A stretch of 64,000 bases of DNA from Phoronis australis (GCA_002633005.1 NMRA01000828.1:66450-130449), one strand, 5' to 3'. Counted from the stretch's first letter, positions 1 through 14,269 are shown. Notes: generated by a model from the letters alone, not told the origin. A program made the numbers and translations.

Positions 1-2358
1 GACACGTGTCTGGTTCTCACCGGCTTCCTGTAGTCATAGACCCCTTTCATGCTGTGTTGGTATGGGACCACTTACCTCTCTGCTTTTTAGTAACATTTGC
101 GTATTATAACACAATGATTCTTATAAACAAACTTACCTAAACACTTGACGCAGCAGAGTAAGCAAGCTGGCATTTACATGGAAGTTGGTATAAAAAAATC
201 AATAAAGTTAACCAGTTTCGACTATTCTTTACATACTGCTGAAAAATGCCATGACGTAGATGTTGCTAGGGGAATAAAAATGAAAACAACCGCGACGCAA
301 GCTATCAAATTCGTTACAACAAAATTTGTTTATTTCTATGGTGTGCGAGCATGTACTTTCCTGTCTAAACAGAAATACATACCAGTCCTATAAGGTGCCT
401 ACAAATTTATGCTAAGTTAAAATCGAAGATGAAAATTCAGAAAAGACCATTTCATGAAAATAGAGGCTTTATTTGGGGCAAGCCACAGGCAAGGTTTGGC
501 GGCAACTTTTAATAGATACAGATAGTAGGTTCCGTAAATCTGGTTTGCTTGTATTTGTGAATACGCTGGTAATAAGAAAGGGCCCCTAGTTTGGCTGTAC
601 ATACGCTTGTCTATAAGATGGTGGCCCCTGTAGCACTGTTGCATTTCTGCGTCGCTATGATTTCAGTTAGCCCACTAACAACACCATCTTCATGCCACAT
701 TTTTGTACTCTGAAGAAGATGTGCTTTCAGTATCTAGTGTTTTTTGTTTTTAGTGATGTAATTTGTTAAAGAAAACGTCTATAGTTGAGAGATTAAGTAG
801 ATGCTGTGTTTTAGCAAATAGCCAATGACCGATTGCAGACCAGAAATTAACGGTCGTAATACAATCCTAGTATAGTAGAGATGGCTCTTTATCACAAAAT
901 ATACAGAGATCTGATTGACTGACACTAGTTTTGACAAGAAATACATTTTTGACCACATTTCTGTGAAACTTATCTTGAACCTCTTTAACCCCGTAAAATT
1001 AATGGGACAAGTATACACCTCTCTCCACCACGTGGTTGCATCTGTAACGTTGGCCTGCCATTTCCCCTTCAGCTCATGGGTTGGGTTTTTTAAAGGCATT
1101 CAATTAAATGGGAACATATACTTTTATTTGCAAAATGTAACACTTTGGGAAGATGGGAAGATTTATTAAATTCGCATTTCTGGAATCTTTATTCAATTAA
1201 AAAAAATGCGCACATAAGACCATAAAAATTAGTAAAGGGTGGAGAAAAATCAAACCTACCATGACTAAATGATGATTCATTAGACACTTAACTTTCCGTT
1301 TCACTCCCAGTGGAGCAAATCATAAATATAAATATAACTTCGATACCATGTTTTATTAAGGGCTGTTGTTTTGTTTATAGTTGTATTGATATTATATCAA
1401 AAGTTACTGATTTGAAAATCCACGATCTTAATCACGAACATGTCCAAAAATAAAGCAAATGAACCAAACACTTTAGATCAAAATAAGTTTCAACTTTTCT
1501 TTGAACACTGCTGGTAAAACACCCCTTCAACATGCAACAAAGTTATCTCCGTTCCATCCGTAGCGTGTGACTTTTAAGCCTTGAACCAGGTTTAAAATAA
1601 ATTATTGGCCTGGAAGGCAATGGCAAAGCAAGAAACAAATGAACCAATTTTGTTACTAAAAGAGATTTGCCAAGGGGACCAGGCCAATATTTCTTTTTCA
1701 ATTCAGAATCTAGTATTGACTTATGCTTAGCATAAGAGGTGGTTTGAGGCTAAAAACTGTCAATTTTGCTTTTTGTCACATTTTGTTTGAGTCTCGCTTT
1801 CTCTTTCGGTGGAAGTGAAAGGGCCAAAAATACGAGATAGAATAAAGTTTTGGGATCATGTGTGGCGGTTTTGATGTGAAAGGACTGACAACCTTTCTTT
1901 TGTTCAGAGGTTTTTCGACAGAGTTGAAGAAAGGCATCAAGTTCAGTAAGGTCAGGTCTGCCAGGCAACACCCACTGAAAACTGTAGTGTAATATGAGAG
2001 TAATTAGATTTATGGGAAGCTGCGCCTGCGCCAGAATTTAGACATGCGCCTTTATTTGAAACATTCGAGTAAAATAGAGGTACGTGTTCATGAGTGAAGG
2101 TCACGAAGCTACATTAGGTGAAAAAGTAAGAGGATCTGCAAACACAAAAACGTGTAATCAAAACTTCAGTCCTTTCATGTACAAGAAGCACCCCAGTACA
2201 TTTACGTAAATACGCGTATTATGCCCATGAGCTTATATCCGAAATAATTGTTCCCAAAATAATTAGCAGGCGCTTAATCTTAATGATCTTTACGCACAGA
2301 ATCTATCCTTTGCATATGTCACATCCGTGTGTTTTTCGTAAGTCAATCTGCTATGTTT

Positions 2359-3198
2359 TTACTCTTTCTTAGTTTTTGACCAACGTTTACAGCAACAGCG
2401 ATTGACCAATATAATGAGTCGAAATATAAGGAAACCCATAAAAACTGTAATAGCTAGCACAACAGTTGCGACATCTAATGAATAATACTGGTACCATGGA
2501 AGAAACCTGCCATAAGGTTTTAAATGTGAAATGCCCCTGTGTCGAATTACGTAGTCTATCCAATACAAAAGTAGATCTCTGCCAGATATTGGCTGGTCCT
2601 TTAAATAAGCTGATAAGTGCAAAGCGTTTTCTTTGTAAACAGGATTCGAAATCACGTCACGAATGGCATGCTCAAAGTTTTCTGTTGTCATTGTTTTAAT
2701 GTCAAGACTGACTCCCATTCTGTGAGAAAGAGTGAGTCTGGCGGCGTTTTGATGTTGATCGCCATCTATCGGTAGAGCAACAATGGGCACTCCAAACATT
2801 GCTGCTTCGTACATACTGTTTTGACCACAGTGTGTTACAAAAAGTTTGGTTTTAGTATGGCCGAGAAGAGCGGTTTGCGGAAGCCATTTCACCAGCTTGG
2901 TGTTCCTTCCAAGATTTTTTGGCGTTGGCCCTTCGTATTTCCAGACAATCTTCTGAGGCATCTTTGCAAACGCATTCGCAATCAAGTTCCCATAGTATTC
3001 GTCATATTCTTTTATCATGGAGCCGAAACTCATTAGGATTATTCCGTGGCCTCCTGAACTTCGAACAAATTCTTCCATTTCTTTTTCTAGTGGCTCGGGT
3101 TGTGTAGCAAGAATGCCATTCAGATATACGACATCCGGTAAATATGGCGCCGGATTCTCGAGCGGAAATCCTCCATAAACCAAAGCGAGGCTTTCAGG
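2359..3198 (-). CDS. UGT: UDP-glycosyltransferase gene A, exon 2 (UDP-sugar-binding domain, TM helix, ER-retention tail)
   Basis: ORF contains the UGT signature WLPQTALLGH..KLFVTHCGQNSMYEA...GVP....P..GDQ, then PWYQYYSLDV, a TM helix and a KTKKE tail. Phase-0 acceptor TCTCTTCCAG|CCTGAA at 3199/3198. Confidence 0.95.
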   Translation of the reverse strand, partial: PESLALVYGGFPLENPAPYLPDVVYLNGILATQPEPLEKEMEEFVRSSGGHGIILMSFGSMIKEYDEYYGNLIANAFAKMPQKIVWKYEGPTPKNLGRNTKLVKWLPQTALLGHTKTKLFVTHCGQNSMYEAAMFGVPIVALPIDGDQHQNAARLTLSHRMGVSLDIKTMTTENFEHAIRDVISNPVYKENALHLSAYLKDQPISGRDLLLYWIDYVIRHRGISHLKPYGRFLPWYQYYSLDVATVVLAITVFMGFLIFRLIILVNRCCCKRWSKTKKE

Positions 3199-4383
3199 CT
3201 GGAAGAGATACAATTTGTATACACGTGTATAACTTAAAGCTGCCATGAACCCGCCTTAGTTTGGAAAACAAGCATTTGATTTGATCATTAAACGATATCA
3301 AAGAGGTCTCAAATTTCTTGTTTCTTCGCAGATGAATGATTTGGGCCTCTATCTGACACTGTGCCACGAAGCTGCTTAGACTCAGCAGGTAACTTTACTT
3401 AGGCGTCAAGCTTAGCCTTCCAAGAAACGAACTATTAGCTCTTCCGAAGCACAAATATATCATCTAATTTGAGAAACAAAATTTTGGAAACCAATTTAGC
3501 TTAACGGTACTTGGTTTAGCTCCGACAATAGACTGGGCCTGTCACCACTTAGGCTCTATTCCGCGCTGGAGCTGATCTCTAAAAATCACTTTTCTTGCCT
3601 ATAATGTCCGTTATATTAGAAATTAAAAATATCAGGGGTGAACTTTAAACGGGACACGAGTATTTAAAAGTGATTTTTGCCGGAATTGACGTTTACCTTA
3701 AGCAGGGCATGGACGATAACTGAGGGCTGGATTTCTCCACACTTTTCAAAAAAGTTTTGGTAAATTTCTCTTCCGTTAAAAGACAGTTGACATTTGAAAT
3801 GATATAAAAACACTAGAATTATGTCTTAATATCTGCACGCTAAGGACGTGAGAAGCATGCCTGGACGCGCATTGGCGAGCATCAGATCCACACAGACAAA
3901 GTTGCTACCAGATAGTGGTCACCTGAAAAGTCTGGAAAGTTGTACAATTCTAGCACCTTCTAACAAAACAATTCAAACATTCTCACCGTCCTTATGGTTC
4001 AAAAGGCTATCACTGTGGCTTCTCGGGGTCACAAACTGTGTCAGCACCGGCTTCTATTTCTATCAGCTTGGCGTTCAGTACTCGCAAATTCCCACAAGGA
4101 CCACAAGATAAAGCGTTTAGAGAGCGTCAGGGATGATACAATTCCAAGTGAACCAATCTTTTGCGTTAGTTTTTGCAAATTTAAACCTTTGGATAAACGA
4201 CAGATTAGGAAAGTTTACACATCAAAAAAGTCTGTAGCTTCTGAAAACGCTGAACGGCCAGTGGCGGGCTACATTGGCTAATGGGTGCTGAACAGCTACA
4301 GTGTATGTTAGTAGTTAGTAACCCGTTCAAAGGTATATTCTTAGTAAGTTCAACGGATCTTTGTAAGTTTAGACTATACTTAC

Positions 4384-5082
4384 AAATTTCGGCTCCATGT
4401 TGAATTGTCGAACGAGGCTCTGATGGTCGTATGTCATTTTGAACACACCGATTCTCAGAATACAATACCAAAGCACGTTCATGAATCGCTGAGTAAATGT
4501 CATGTTTTGACCGACTGGGTTCAAAATTGAAACCATGTATGACGGATGGTAAGGCAGCTCGCGAGTTTCCATTCTTCTGAAGAAATCGTGCGGCATGAAT
4601 TCTACGGCTGGTACATCACCTAATATTCTTTGTATCCCGTACTTACAAAATAAAATTGCATTGTAGTAAACCAGCTCAAAGTTTTCTGCCTTGAGCCTTG
4701 AATGAGTCTTTGTTGAGTTGAGGAACGACTCGCAACTGGCAAGAGGCATTTTCATTACGTTGGCTGCGGTTGTCAACTCATGGTCCATGATATCCCGAAG
4801 AGAGAACGTGTGCAGTAAGTCCTGTGGTAGTTTGGTGGATCTAGGATAAGTTATTAACGTCACGCCAGCTTTTCTAAGGAATGCAGGTGGTTGGTATCCG
4901 TTGTCAGCAAGAACGTAAACATCGTGGCCGTGTTCTGCAATCATTGCAAGGATTTTTTCGTCATTCCTCAATGCGGAATTTCGAGCAAAGGTGAGAGGAC
5001 ATCCTAAAATCTTTGCCGCCGCAGATTTTGCCGTGTTGTTTAGCAACACAAAGACAACGACAATTAAAAACCGACAACTCAT
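4384..5082 (-). CDS. UGT: UDP-glycosyltransferase gene A, exon 1 (signal peptide + acceptor-binding domain); joined product 512 aa
   Basis: ATG at 5082 (MSCRFLIVVVFVLL signal), AKIL..., GHDVYVL, PSY and MTFTQRFMN motifs. Phase-0 donor AAATTT|GTAAGT at 4384. Confidence 0.9.
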
Positions 5083-7331
5083 CACAAGCAGTAAAAACCG
5101 TGAAAGTTGATCTACAATGAAGACGTTAACAATCTGATCCGCAATGAATTCACTGAGCAGGCCGTCCGGTCTCGGTGTGCGACGATAAAAATAGCACTTA
5201 GACGACACTGACTTGTCACACAGGGTGTATCAAAACTGTCAGAATTGACGTGCTCGTCTGGCCTCGATGTGATTGAGTTTTGGCAAAGGAGATTTTTATG
5301 TCTGATTTTTATATCTTTTCTAATCTGTTGAGGTCCTCAGTCTGTCTTTCGAAGTGTAGGCTATGTTCGCACCCGAATGTATACATCTTGTACGTATATT
5401 TGCTATGCACGTAAGCGCAAATACACACGGGATGAAAGTTATACACTTGGGGGTACATTGCACTCGCCTACATTGTAATGTAATTGTCCGGGGTGGGGGG
5501 CGTGCCCCCTAAAATTTTGCGGGCGTCTACCGGGTTAAACCTTGGCAGCCGGCATAGCGTGTTACAGGGGACACTTGAGAAAAGAAAGACTGCGAATAGG
5601 GATAAGAGAGAAAGTTCTAGAGAAATAACAACTCAGTATCAATTAATGGTTTTGTCTCGGCTGGCCAGGACATTGTTGTTAAGGTATCCGTTTTTGCAGA
5701 ATACATGTAGGTCATCTAAATGCACTTGAAAACGTGAGTTTTATTATCCATTCATGTATTTCGAAATCAGAAAATTCGAAAAGCGATTTTTAAATTCAAT
5801 AAGACAATTTTACAAACGAAAAACTGTATTTTTGCAGAGGCCCTTCTCTAGCAAGGGAAAATGGAGACAATTGTCGCCGTATTTTCGTTTTTTTTTCTCT
5901 CTAACTGAATTGTATAGCACTTGAGAAAATTTGAAGGCCTGAGAGATAACATCAATTTCTGCACATTTCCTGATTTTTTAAAATATAGATCTTAGGGGCC
6001 AGCCCTTGAAGGTGGCCATTGGTGACATTCACGTGGTCACCTTTTTCGTGTTTTTATCAACAATTTCTTAAGCGGCAGCTCACGAAGAGGGGGCCCAATG
6101 CTTGAATCGATTACCTCTATTTTCCTTTTTTCTGAAATCGTACAACCAGCTTTCATGTTGAGAAGGATCACTTCTTGCGATGGAATGAACTGTCACTCTT
6201 TTTCAAGCATAATGCTGTTTATCTTTATCCTTTCTTCTTAGGTGTCCCATTTCAGGCGGGACTCTCTCTAGGGGCTGTTCGCGTGAATTGTCCCTTTGTC
6301 CATCTATACAATCATGTAAATATGATTCTGCCAAATATTCACGAGGGGAACTTGATATTCCAAATTCGTCAAAAACACAAAACATTTGTGTACAGCACAA
6401 CTGTATCAAGACATTCCACCCAAACAACCACAACATGTGAAAATAGAATATGATTGACCGCTATCGAAAAGGTGGACCGTTATTTGTGAATTACACAAAA
6501 AGACTATTTCCGATGGTTAGTTATAAAATAACGTTACTTTTTCCCATATTATCACAAGAATAGTATTTCTTTTGAAGATCGTTACTAGAAGTTGTTTGTA
6601 AGGAATTCGCAACTATCAAAAAGACTGAGGGCTACTATTTGTGATGATCCTGTACATGTCGAACGGGGGTACTCAAAGTACTCCCAATAATAAACAAATA
6701 TTCAGCGGGTTTTTTGAGTTCAGTTTTAATTCGTGAACCGTTATAAGCACCTCTGAAATGAGCAAAAATACACCTTAATAAGATTGCCTCATCTCCCATG
6801 TTCCCCCGGTTGCCCGTCAAAAATCTCTGCGCATGCCTGCGGAAATTGCTTATAACAACCATTCCGTTTTGATAAACAAATACATGTTTATTTTATGTAT
6901 CTATGAAAATCGACAGATTCGGAGATGAGTTTTGGAAATTAGAAGCTAAATTACGTCTTTTAAGAAATGGTAACGTTTCAGGGAATTTAGTTACAACCTG
7001 GTTAAGCGTGTTTGGCGGTACGTTAACCGTACGTATTTCCTCATGAATGTGAGTCCGTAACCGTGTATTTTGGATGAAAGGATCGTGTTTTGTGAGTCCG
7101 ATCCTGTATATGTGAGTCAGTGAACGGTGTTTGCAGGTACATGAATCGTGCTTTTGCGTCCGTGACCGTGTTTAAGACTCCGTGAACCATGTAGTTTAGG
7201 TACCTTGTACAGGAAGTATATTTTGGTAGCAGCCCTTCGTTGACACGAACTTGGTTGAAGCACACACACTGTGTTATAAGGCATTTTACTAGTTGTTAGA
7301 AAAGCCAATTTATTTAAGTTGTGGATCTTAA

Positions 7332-8140
7332 AGGAGAATGCCACCCAAAAAACAACCTATTTTGTATCAATCTAGATCGATTAGTTCTACTCGATAACGG
7401 CACGTTCGGTTGCGTTACCCGCCACCTGACGGCAGACGGAGGTGTTGAAATTATCCAGTGACGTCATTGGTTTCACACGCAGTCTGTTCAGCAGTTCACA
7501 ACACGGGTTACTGGTGTCAGCTTACCGATTGAATTCATCGTTTAACACCAACACATAATCAAATTTCGACGTAATACCCATAAAAAACTGAGTTCTTATA
7601 AAAACGTGTTGTTTTATTTCGCTGCTACGGATTTATTGGTATTTGAACACACCGTAACCTACAAAGTTCGGCAGGCCAATTTACCAAGGTCCATAGCAGG
7701 AGTTTGGGTCTGTTCGGAGATAAATTCGAAGTATTCTTCCGTGAAATACAGACAGGAGAACCCAGAACTGTGTTGTTTAGACTTATGATTTTTTGAGTTC
7801 TAAATACACAAAATGCTCGTTATCCCGACCCCCCCTAAATCCGCCTCTGTACCTTTTATTCTTCACTACCGCGAGCCACTTCCTAAGCATTTCGGGCTCT
7901 CGGGGAAGTAAAAAAAACGATATACCCGCTTTCTTCTCAGCTTCATTGTTGGAACGATGCACAGCGATATAGCGGCATTCACTCTGCGGACGAACCACTG
8001 ACGTCGCTGCGACGTTTCTCACCTTCCTCACAGGTTAACGCGACACCTCTCGGCAAGGTGAGGTCGACCGTATAAGAGGCGATGTGGATATAGACCGATT
8101 AAGACGGTAAAAAAGCAATTAAATGGGATGGCATTCTCCT
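7332..8140. mobile_element. Kolobok-like non-autonomous DNA transposon with a degenerate THAP-domain remnant (7783-8031, minus strand)
   Basis: TTAA|AGGAGAATGCCA...TGGCATTCTCCT|TTAA: terminal inverted repeats flanked by TTAA. Internal peptide GISFFLLPREPEMLRKWL resembles the THAP 'FP.....W' motif. Confidence 0.75.
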
Positions 8141-9074
8141 TTAACTCTGACCGTAAAAAGGCAGGTATTGAAAATGTGTATATTATGTTCTATTTATTTT
8201 GAAAACATAATGTCATGTTTAAATGGCATCATTAAAGAATACGTTTTAACGCATTTGGTTTGGATTAAAGTTAATTTTGTATTATTTTAACGAAAACCTA
8301 GTCGAGAAAAGTGCCTTTTATTTCGATCAGTGTGGCCAGAATTAAATTGTTTTTGCCTAAACAACATCTAAAATTAAAATTTGAATGCACAAATTACTAC
8401 ATGGACAAACGAACACAATAGGAAGAAGAACTGGCTCAACATTATTGTTTTCCTCAATCACTCCAACTTCATCATTGGTAATTTACATCAGCACGTTCCC
8501 TAAGTAATAACTTTTGCCTCACAATTCCAGATGTATCTCACTTATTGTGAACATGATTATGCAAAGCCGAAGCGTAAAATTTCCAGGACATAAGTTTTCT
8601 ATTCAAAACTTTCATTCTTCACTTGCTTAGTTTAAACATCAAAACAATCAAGGTATTCGTAATTAAGGTAGCTTTATGATCTCTGACTAACGGTGGTGAG
8701 ATTTTGAAATAATTTTGATTCGCGCTATTTTGCTCTTTTGGTTTAAAGTGTGACCAACAGTGAAACCGCTTCAATAGGAGGAGTCTTTGTAGACAGTCTA
8801 TCCGATTCGTCATAAAACGAACTTAAGAAAGCCGAAGGCGAATCGGTTTAGGAAAAATTGGTTCCCGAAATGATACTTGTTGGTGCACCTACAAAATCTC
8901 TGCCATACTTTACACAGCGAGATTCGAATCTCGCTGTAATCACCCACAATGCCGCAATATCCGTCATGCACTTTTTTAGCTTCGTTCTCGTGCGATTCGA
9001 GTACTACATGTGTTCTTTGTTCTTATAATCTTTACAAGTTTTTCTTGGCTGCATTAGCCTTTTTTGTCCGTCCA

Positions 9075-9300
9075 ATGCCAGCGATTTATTATTGCTGTGC
9101 TGTGGGCTGCAACTCCGACAAACATAAACATCCGAGGATGCTATGCATGGTATTATTTTTTTCGCCTTCCCGACATCATTCAAAGACGAGAAAATGCAGA
9201 ACGACTCGATTAACGGTAAGCTCGGCGGATTAATTTTGAACCGAACGCCATCTCTTTTCTTGGGGATATCTTTTCAGTTCCGGTATTTTAAATGGTTAAA
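9075..9300 (+). pseudogene. Frameshifted THAP zinc-finger remnant (transposon-derived)
   Basis: MPAIYYCCAVGCNS in one frame continues as IIFFAFPTSFKDEK in another, matching the N-terminal THAP pattern. Confidence 0.6.
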
Positions 9301-9630
9301 ATCAGGAATATTTTCACGGACATACACTTCTAAGGTTTCCAACATAACTTGTGAGTGAAAATGTACCTCACGTTATAAAACTAGGCCGATGAAGACAACA
9401 AGAGCGGAGTGCTATTGCTGCGTAATAATACAGGACAGCCCTGCTAAGTGCACACAATGGTGGTTATTGGGGACAAATACAACAACAACAATAATATATA
9501 TTTTAGGTTGTATTGGGAATTTCAGGGTCGCAGCTCTACAAATGAATATTTCACATAAGGAACCAGATGGGTTCTTTAATTACAAGAGATAACACAAACA
9601 TTTACGATACCCAATATGTAATTGAGTATC

Positions 9631-9805
9631 GGATGCTAAGTGGCACAGGTTAGCATAGTACCAAATGGGTACATAATACCAAATGGGTATTGGCCGATTG
9701 CCTACCAACTGGGTCGAGCAAAACGGCAAATTCAATAACAAGTACCAAATGGGTACAACTGCCAAATGAGCAAATATCATATAATAAAGTACCAAGTGGG
9801 TACAT
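9631..9805. repeat. Cluster of short TACCAAATGGGTA units, probably the subterminal region of a non-autonomous element
   Basis: About five copies or variants of TACCAAATGGGTA/TACCAAGTGGGTA. Confidence 0.6.
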
Positions 9806-10331
9806 CAAACAGCCAACTGGGCTATAACAACCTGCAAAGCAGGTTCCGGACAAGCTGAGTGAGCAGACCAGCCGGAGTGATAAAAAGAGATATTGTAAGG
9901 AACGCGGTGTTGTGGCTCAGTATGTGCTGAGAGCTGCTACCGGGGTGGAGAGAGGCAAGCTGCAGTGATGGACGCTCGAGTACAGGTGTGGTCGCCAGCC
10001 AAGGACGTATCCTCGTGCTTGACGGTAACACGCTCCGGGCTTGGAGGAGGTACCAGCAGTGGCTGCAATAACAAAAATAACGAACAGCAGATTTTGTAGG
10101 GAGGGTGGGAAAGATAGAAATCGGTTGAATTGAGAATTTGTGGAACCCAGGGTAGGGAGGGTGGGAAAGGTATCAAATGGTCTAATTGGGAAAACTTATG
10201 AGTAAATGTACTGTTGCTTGAGGCTGGGCCAATATTTACCACACATTGGTACTTAGGAGTTAATGAAACTCATATCTAAGGTGGTAAAAAGCAAAGGAAA
10301 TAGACTCTCAAGCAGCAGGGGCACTAGAGTA

Positions 10332-10378
10332 ACAGCAGTGGCAGCAGCAGCGGCGGCAGCAGCAGCAGCAGCAGCAGT
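10332..10378. repeat. (CAG)n microsatellite
   Basis: Imperfect GCA/CAG run seen directly. Confidence 0.85.
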
Positions 10379-11111
10379 TACATATATTCAGTGCCCTGTA
10401 TGCTATCTTTCACTCTAATTCAAACTGGAGAGCGTCTGGTGACTTTCTTTAGTAGAACGTGTTGTGTGGACGGCACTTCATAGTGTACCAGTGCACTTAG
10501 GGGGCACACTCTGTTTTAGGGCAGAAAAGCACATCTTTGGACCATTGTTGGATAGGATAGGCGTCTTGAAGTAATTTGTTTTGACTCAAGACGTATAGAA
10601 CAACAAAATCCATTGTATTATTGTGATGTTGTTGCAAATTGGCATTGAATTCTCGCGTTGGCTGCCAGTCCTTTGTTTTAAGTTGAGGCCGGCGACTTTA
10701 TCAGTACAATTACGCTTCGCTAGCACAGCGCCGATTTGGAACCGCTGGGGTTTTGTGTTCGATTCTGTCTTGGAGCAAATCTTAAAAACAAACTTTCTCG
10801 ACTGTGTACTCAGTGTTCACTGATTCTTACATTAATAACTGAATAAGCGAACAAGTTTCAACGTATTTTTGTGTTTTCAAGTTTTGTTTCCAAGTAGATG
10901 TGTGTTTTTGTTTTGTTAGGCTACAACACTTCCGACTTGCATAGCCACAACAACAAAACACACAATGAATAGCATACTGTCAATCCATGATGACAAATTC
11001 AAATTTTATTTTTGCTGGCGCTAATGGGCTTTCGTACCAAAAACAGTTCAGTGGCCTAAAAATGAAATGGGAATTTTCACTACGAAACACGCATGATAAT
11101 TAGTGACCAGT

Positions 11112-11948
11112 TTATTCTCGTTTTTGTTTCGTACGGCTACAGCACTTCCGACATGCATAGCCACAACATTTGAACAAAACAAAACACACAATGAGTAGAA
11201 TGGAGATCAAAAATGCTAAAACATCAAGTGAATAAAACTGGTACCAAGTCAAAAATCGGCCATAAGGTTTCAGATGCGATATACCTTTATGTCGAATCAC
11301 ATAATCGACCCAGTAAAGGAACAGATCCTTGCCACTGATTGGTTGATCATTTAGATATTTAGCTAAGCGCACAGCATTTTCTTTGTACATTGGATTAGAA
11401 ATAACTTCAGTCATGGCTGACGCAAGAGAGTCTGACGTCATAGATTGGAATTCCACATGAACACCGATCTTATGAGATTTCGTAAGTCTCGCGGCATTTT
11501 GCGGTTGGTCACTGAATAAAGGCAAAGCTATCACCGGTACACCAAACATTACAGTTTCATACATACTGTTCTGACCACAATGTGTAATAAACAACTTGGT
11601 TTTATGGTGAGCCAAAAGTCCCGTTTGTGGAAACCATTTGACTAACTTCGTGTTTTTTCCCAGTGTTTTAGGCGTTGGTCCTTCGTACTTCCACAGAACC
11701 TTTTGCGGCATTCGCGCGAACGCTTCGGCGATCAAGTTGCCGTTGTGTTCATCATACTCCGTTATCATTGATCCAAAACTCATAATAATTAAACCGTGAT
11801 CTCCTGAGCTCTGAACGAAGGCCTCGATGTCTGACTCCAGAGGTTTTGGCTTAGCAGCAAGAATCCCGTTTAAATGCACGACGTCCGGTAATTTTGGCGC
11901 TGGGTACTCCAGTGGAAATCCTCCGAAAACAAGTGCAAGACTTTCGGG
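11112..11948 (-). CDS. UGT: UDP-glycosyltransferase gene B, exon 2
   Basis: UGT signature WFPQTGLLAH...THCGQNSMYE...DQ, TM helix, KQKRE tail. Phase-0 acceptor TTGTTTCAG|CCCGAA. Confidence 0.95.
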   Translation of the reverse strand, partial: PESLALVFGGFPLEYPAPKLPDVVHLNGILAAKPKPLESDIEAFVQSSGDHGLIIMSFGSMITEYDEHNGNLIAEAFARMPQKVLWKYEGPTPKTLGKNTKLVKWFPQTGLLAHHKTKLFITHCGQNSMYETVMFGVPVIALPLFSDQPQNAARLTKSHKIGVHVEFQSMTSDSLASAMTEVISNPMYKENAVRLAKYLNDQPISGKDLFLYWVDYVIRHKGISHLKPYGRFLTWYQFYSLDVLAFLISILLIVCFVLFKCCGYACRKCCSRTKQKRE

Positions 11949-12454
11949 CTGAAACAATGATAAAGTTTGGGGACTATTCCAATTATTTATCTTCTTATCC
12001 ACACCGTTGTAGGAATGGTTATTTATTATCATTACTTATCAGATGGAAAAGACAGTAGTCAACTATCAAGTATGTTAGCCTACGTGATTGAATAGGATAT
12101 TTTGTGCCACGCATCGGAGCGACGTGCGAAACAATTCCATTCGTGCTGGTATAAAAATGAAAATGCCTGAGGTCATTCAAAATACCAGAAATTTATGTCA
12201 GTTTTCACAAAATATTTGGCCACCACCCGCCGAGGACAGGTCGAAATTAACTGAAACTTATATGAAGGCTATATGACCCGCTGTTTTGAGATTGGCCTAG
12301 GAGCGTTACTAAAGCTATTGCATCTTTTTTCAAAAGCTCGAAAACATTCCACAAAACATAAAGAAGAACTCTGTCAGTTGGCCTATCATACAAAACACGA
12401 ACCAATGCTTAATATACGCATGAGCCCTTTTAAAAACTCTTCAATTATACTAAC

Positions 12455-13180
12455 CTGCTTTGGTTCAATTTTGTACTTCCTTGCCAGTTGGCGGTAGTCG
12501 TAATCCATTAATTTGCTCAAAAAACAATATGAATAGGCAGTTATCATGAAATTCACAACTCGCTCCAAAAACAACATTTCTTGTCCCACGTGATATACAT
12601 TTATGGGAAGGTATGAGAATGGTAAAGGCAGTTGTCGATCTTCAAAACGTCTCATCGTGTCGAAAGCAAAATATTCTACGGAAGGGATGTCTCCGAAAAC
12701 ACCTTGAATCACTATTTTACACATAAATAGCGAGTTGTAATAGACCATGTCGAATTTCTCGCGTCTCAGTCGATCGTGAATGATGGACGAACTCGCAAAC
12801 GACTCGCATATTTTCAAAGGAATATCGAGCATAGCCAACACAGATTTCATTGCACTCGTTGTCATATTGCGAAGTGGAAACCTGTGCTCGTTGACTGGTA
12901 GGCCCTTCGGTCTTGGTACTACAATCAATTTTATGCCGGCTTCGGTGATAAATTGTGGCGGTTCATAACCGCTGTCGGCTAGAATGAAAACTTCATGACC
13001 TTGCTTCGCCAGAATTGCTAAGAGCTTCTCGTCATTTCGCAGACTTGAGCTCTTAATAGCTGTCAATGGACATCCTAAGATCTTCGATGCTTCCCCCTCA
13101 TAGCTGGTCACGTGGAATAAAAAGAGTAAGAAGCCAAGGAACCATTGTGGACTTGTCTTAGTGTGACCTGACCTCCCCAT
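12455..13180 (-). CDS. UGT: UDP-glycosyltransferase gene B, exon 1; joined product 520 aa
   Basis: ATG at 13180, signal peptide, SKILGCP, GHEVFIL, MLFLERVVN. Phase-0 donor AAGCAG|GTTAGT. Intron is 506 bp. Confidence 0.92.
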
Positions 13181-14065
13181 GGTTTTATGACGTATGCAAG
13201 TGATCCAGCATTAGGCAGAAATAAGCCATCTCTTATACATGTTATACACACACACAATCTATAGCTGCACTCTATTCCTTTGTGTACACTGTACTCCCGT
13301 GACCAAAGTACACGGTGGATGTCCCACAATAAACGGGTCACTTTGTCACAGCATATGAAAGGCCAACCCGAGAATCGACGTCAGTGCTCAGGTGCTTAGG
13401 ATTTATGCAAGCATGTCCGCGACTAATGTCATCTTCTGATAAACTTGCCAGGTAACCTCAACGTTGAGGAGACGCCACCATGATCAACTGTGGGCTTTAG
13501 AAGATACGCTAGATTCATTAACACCATCGAATCTTCAGTCACAAAGGCCATCTTTGAATGAGTAAAACCCACTTCAACATTTTTGGTTTTGCAAAATCTT
13601 CAAATGCAAGGCCCATTCGTGTTTTTAAAATTTGGTTTTGAGATTCTTCCCGCGAACTCAGAGCTTTTGTCATTTCTTGACAGTAGGGAAATGGAGCAGA
13701 GCACTAAAGTAGAATTTTTGTTAGCGTGTCAATGAATCATTTCACACTGGAAGTGTTTTGCATCATCCAGAGGCTTCTTACTCAACTTGAATTGCGTAAC
13801 TGCGCGCTATCAGAAATCGGAGTAGTTTACTTATGATAATAAGGGGACCAGACAGGACAAACCCGAAAACTGAAAAACGCCGTCATGAGAATATGTTTGT
13901 TTTCAAGAAATTATTGACAGCATTACAGACCAATCATGAAGTAATGTTAGCAAAATTTCGGGTAATTCAACAAAAACTTAGTTTACAGCGAGAATTAAAT
14001 TTGAGAAGGTATCCCAGTGCACACCTTTAGGATGTGAAGTTCAGTTCAAAAACAAACGCATGAAG

Positions 14066-14269
14066 AGGCGGATCTACGGGGGGGGGGGGTTCATGGGGTT
14101 CAACCCGCCCCCTCGGGACAGGATAAAAATATGAATTAAAAAAATGTCGTCAGGAAAACAATATCGGCTACAAAATAACCAAAAAAATCTTACACGTGAG
14201 GGGGGAAATCCCCTCCCGACCTTCGCGTGAATCCTAAACCCCCTTACTGAAAACGTAGATCTGCCACTG
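14066..14269. mobile_element. MITE of the CAGTGGCGGATCTAC...GTAGATCYGCCACTG family
   Basis: GGCGGATCTAC-G-run left end and GTAGATCTGCCACTG right end. Homologous to copies at 24536-24708 and 57953/60220. Confidence 0.75.

Noticed and set aside
11949-12454. Hidden micro-exon explaining the ~5-7 residues missing at the EPKx|PESL junction relative to typical UGTs
   Set aside because: I found no phase 0-0 AG...GT candidate in this short intron by eye. A lineage-specific deletion is simpler, and RNA-seq would settle it.
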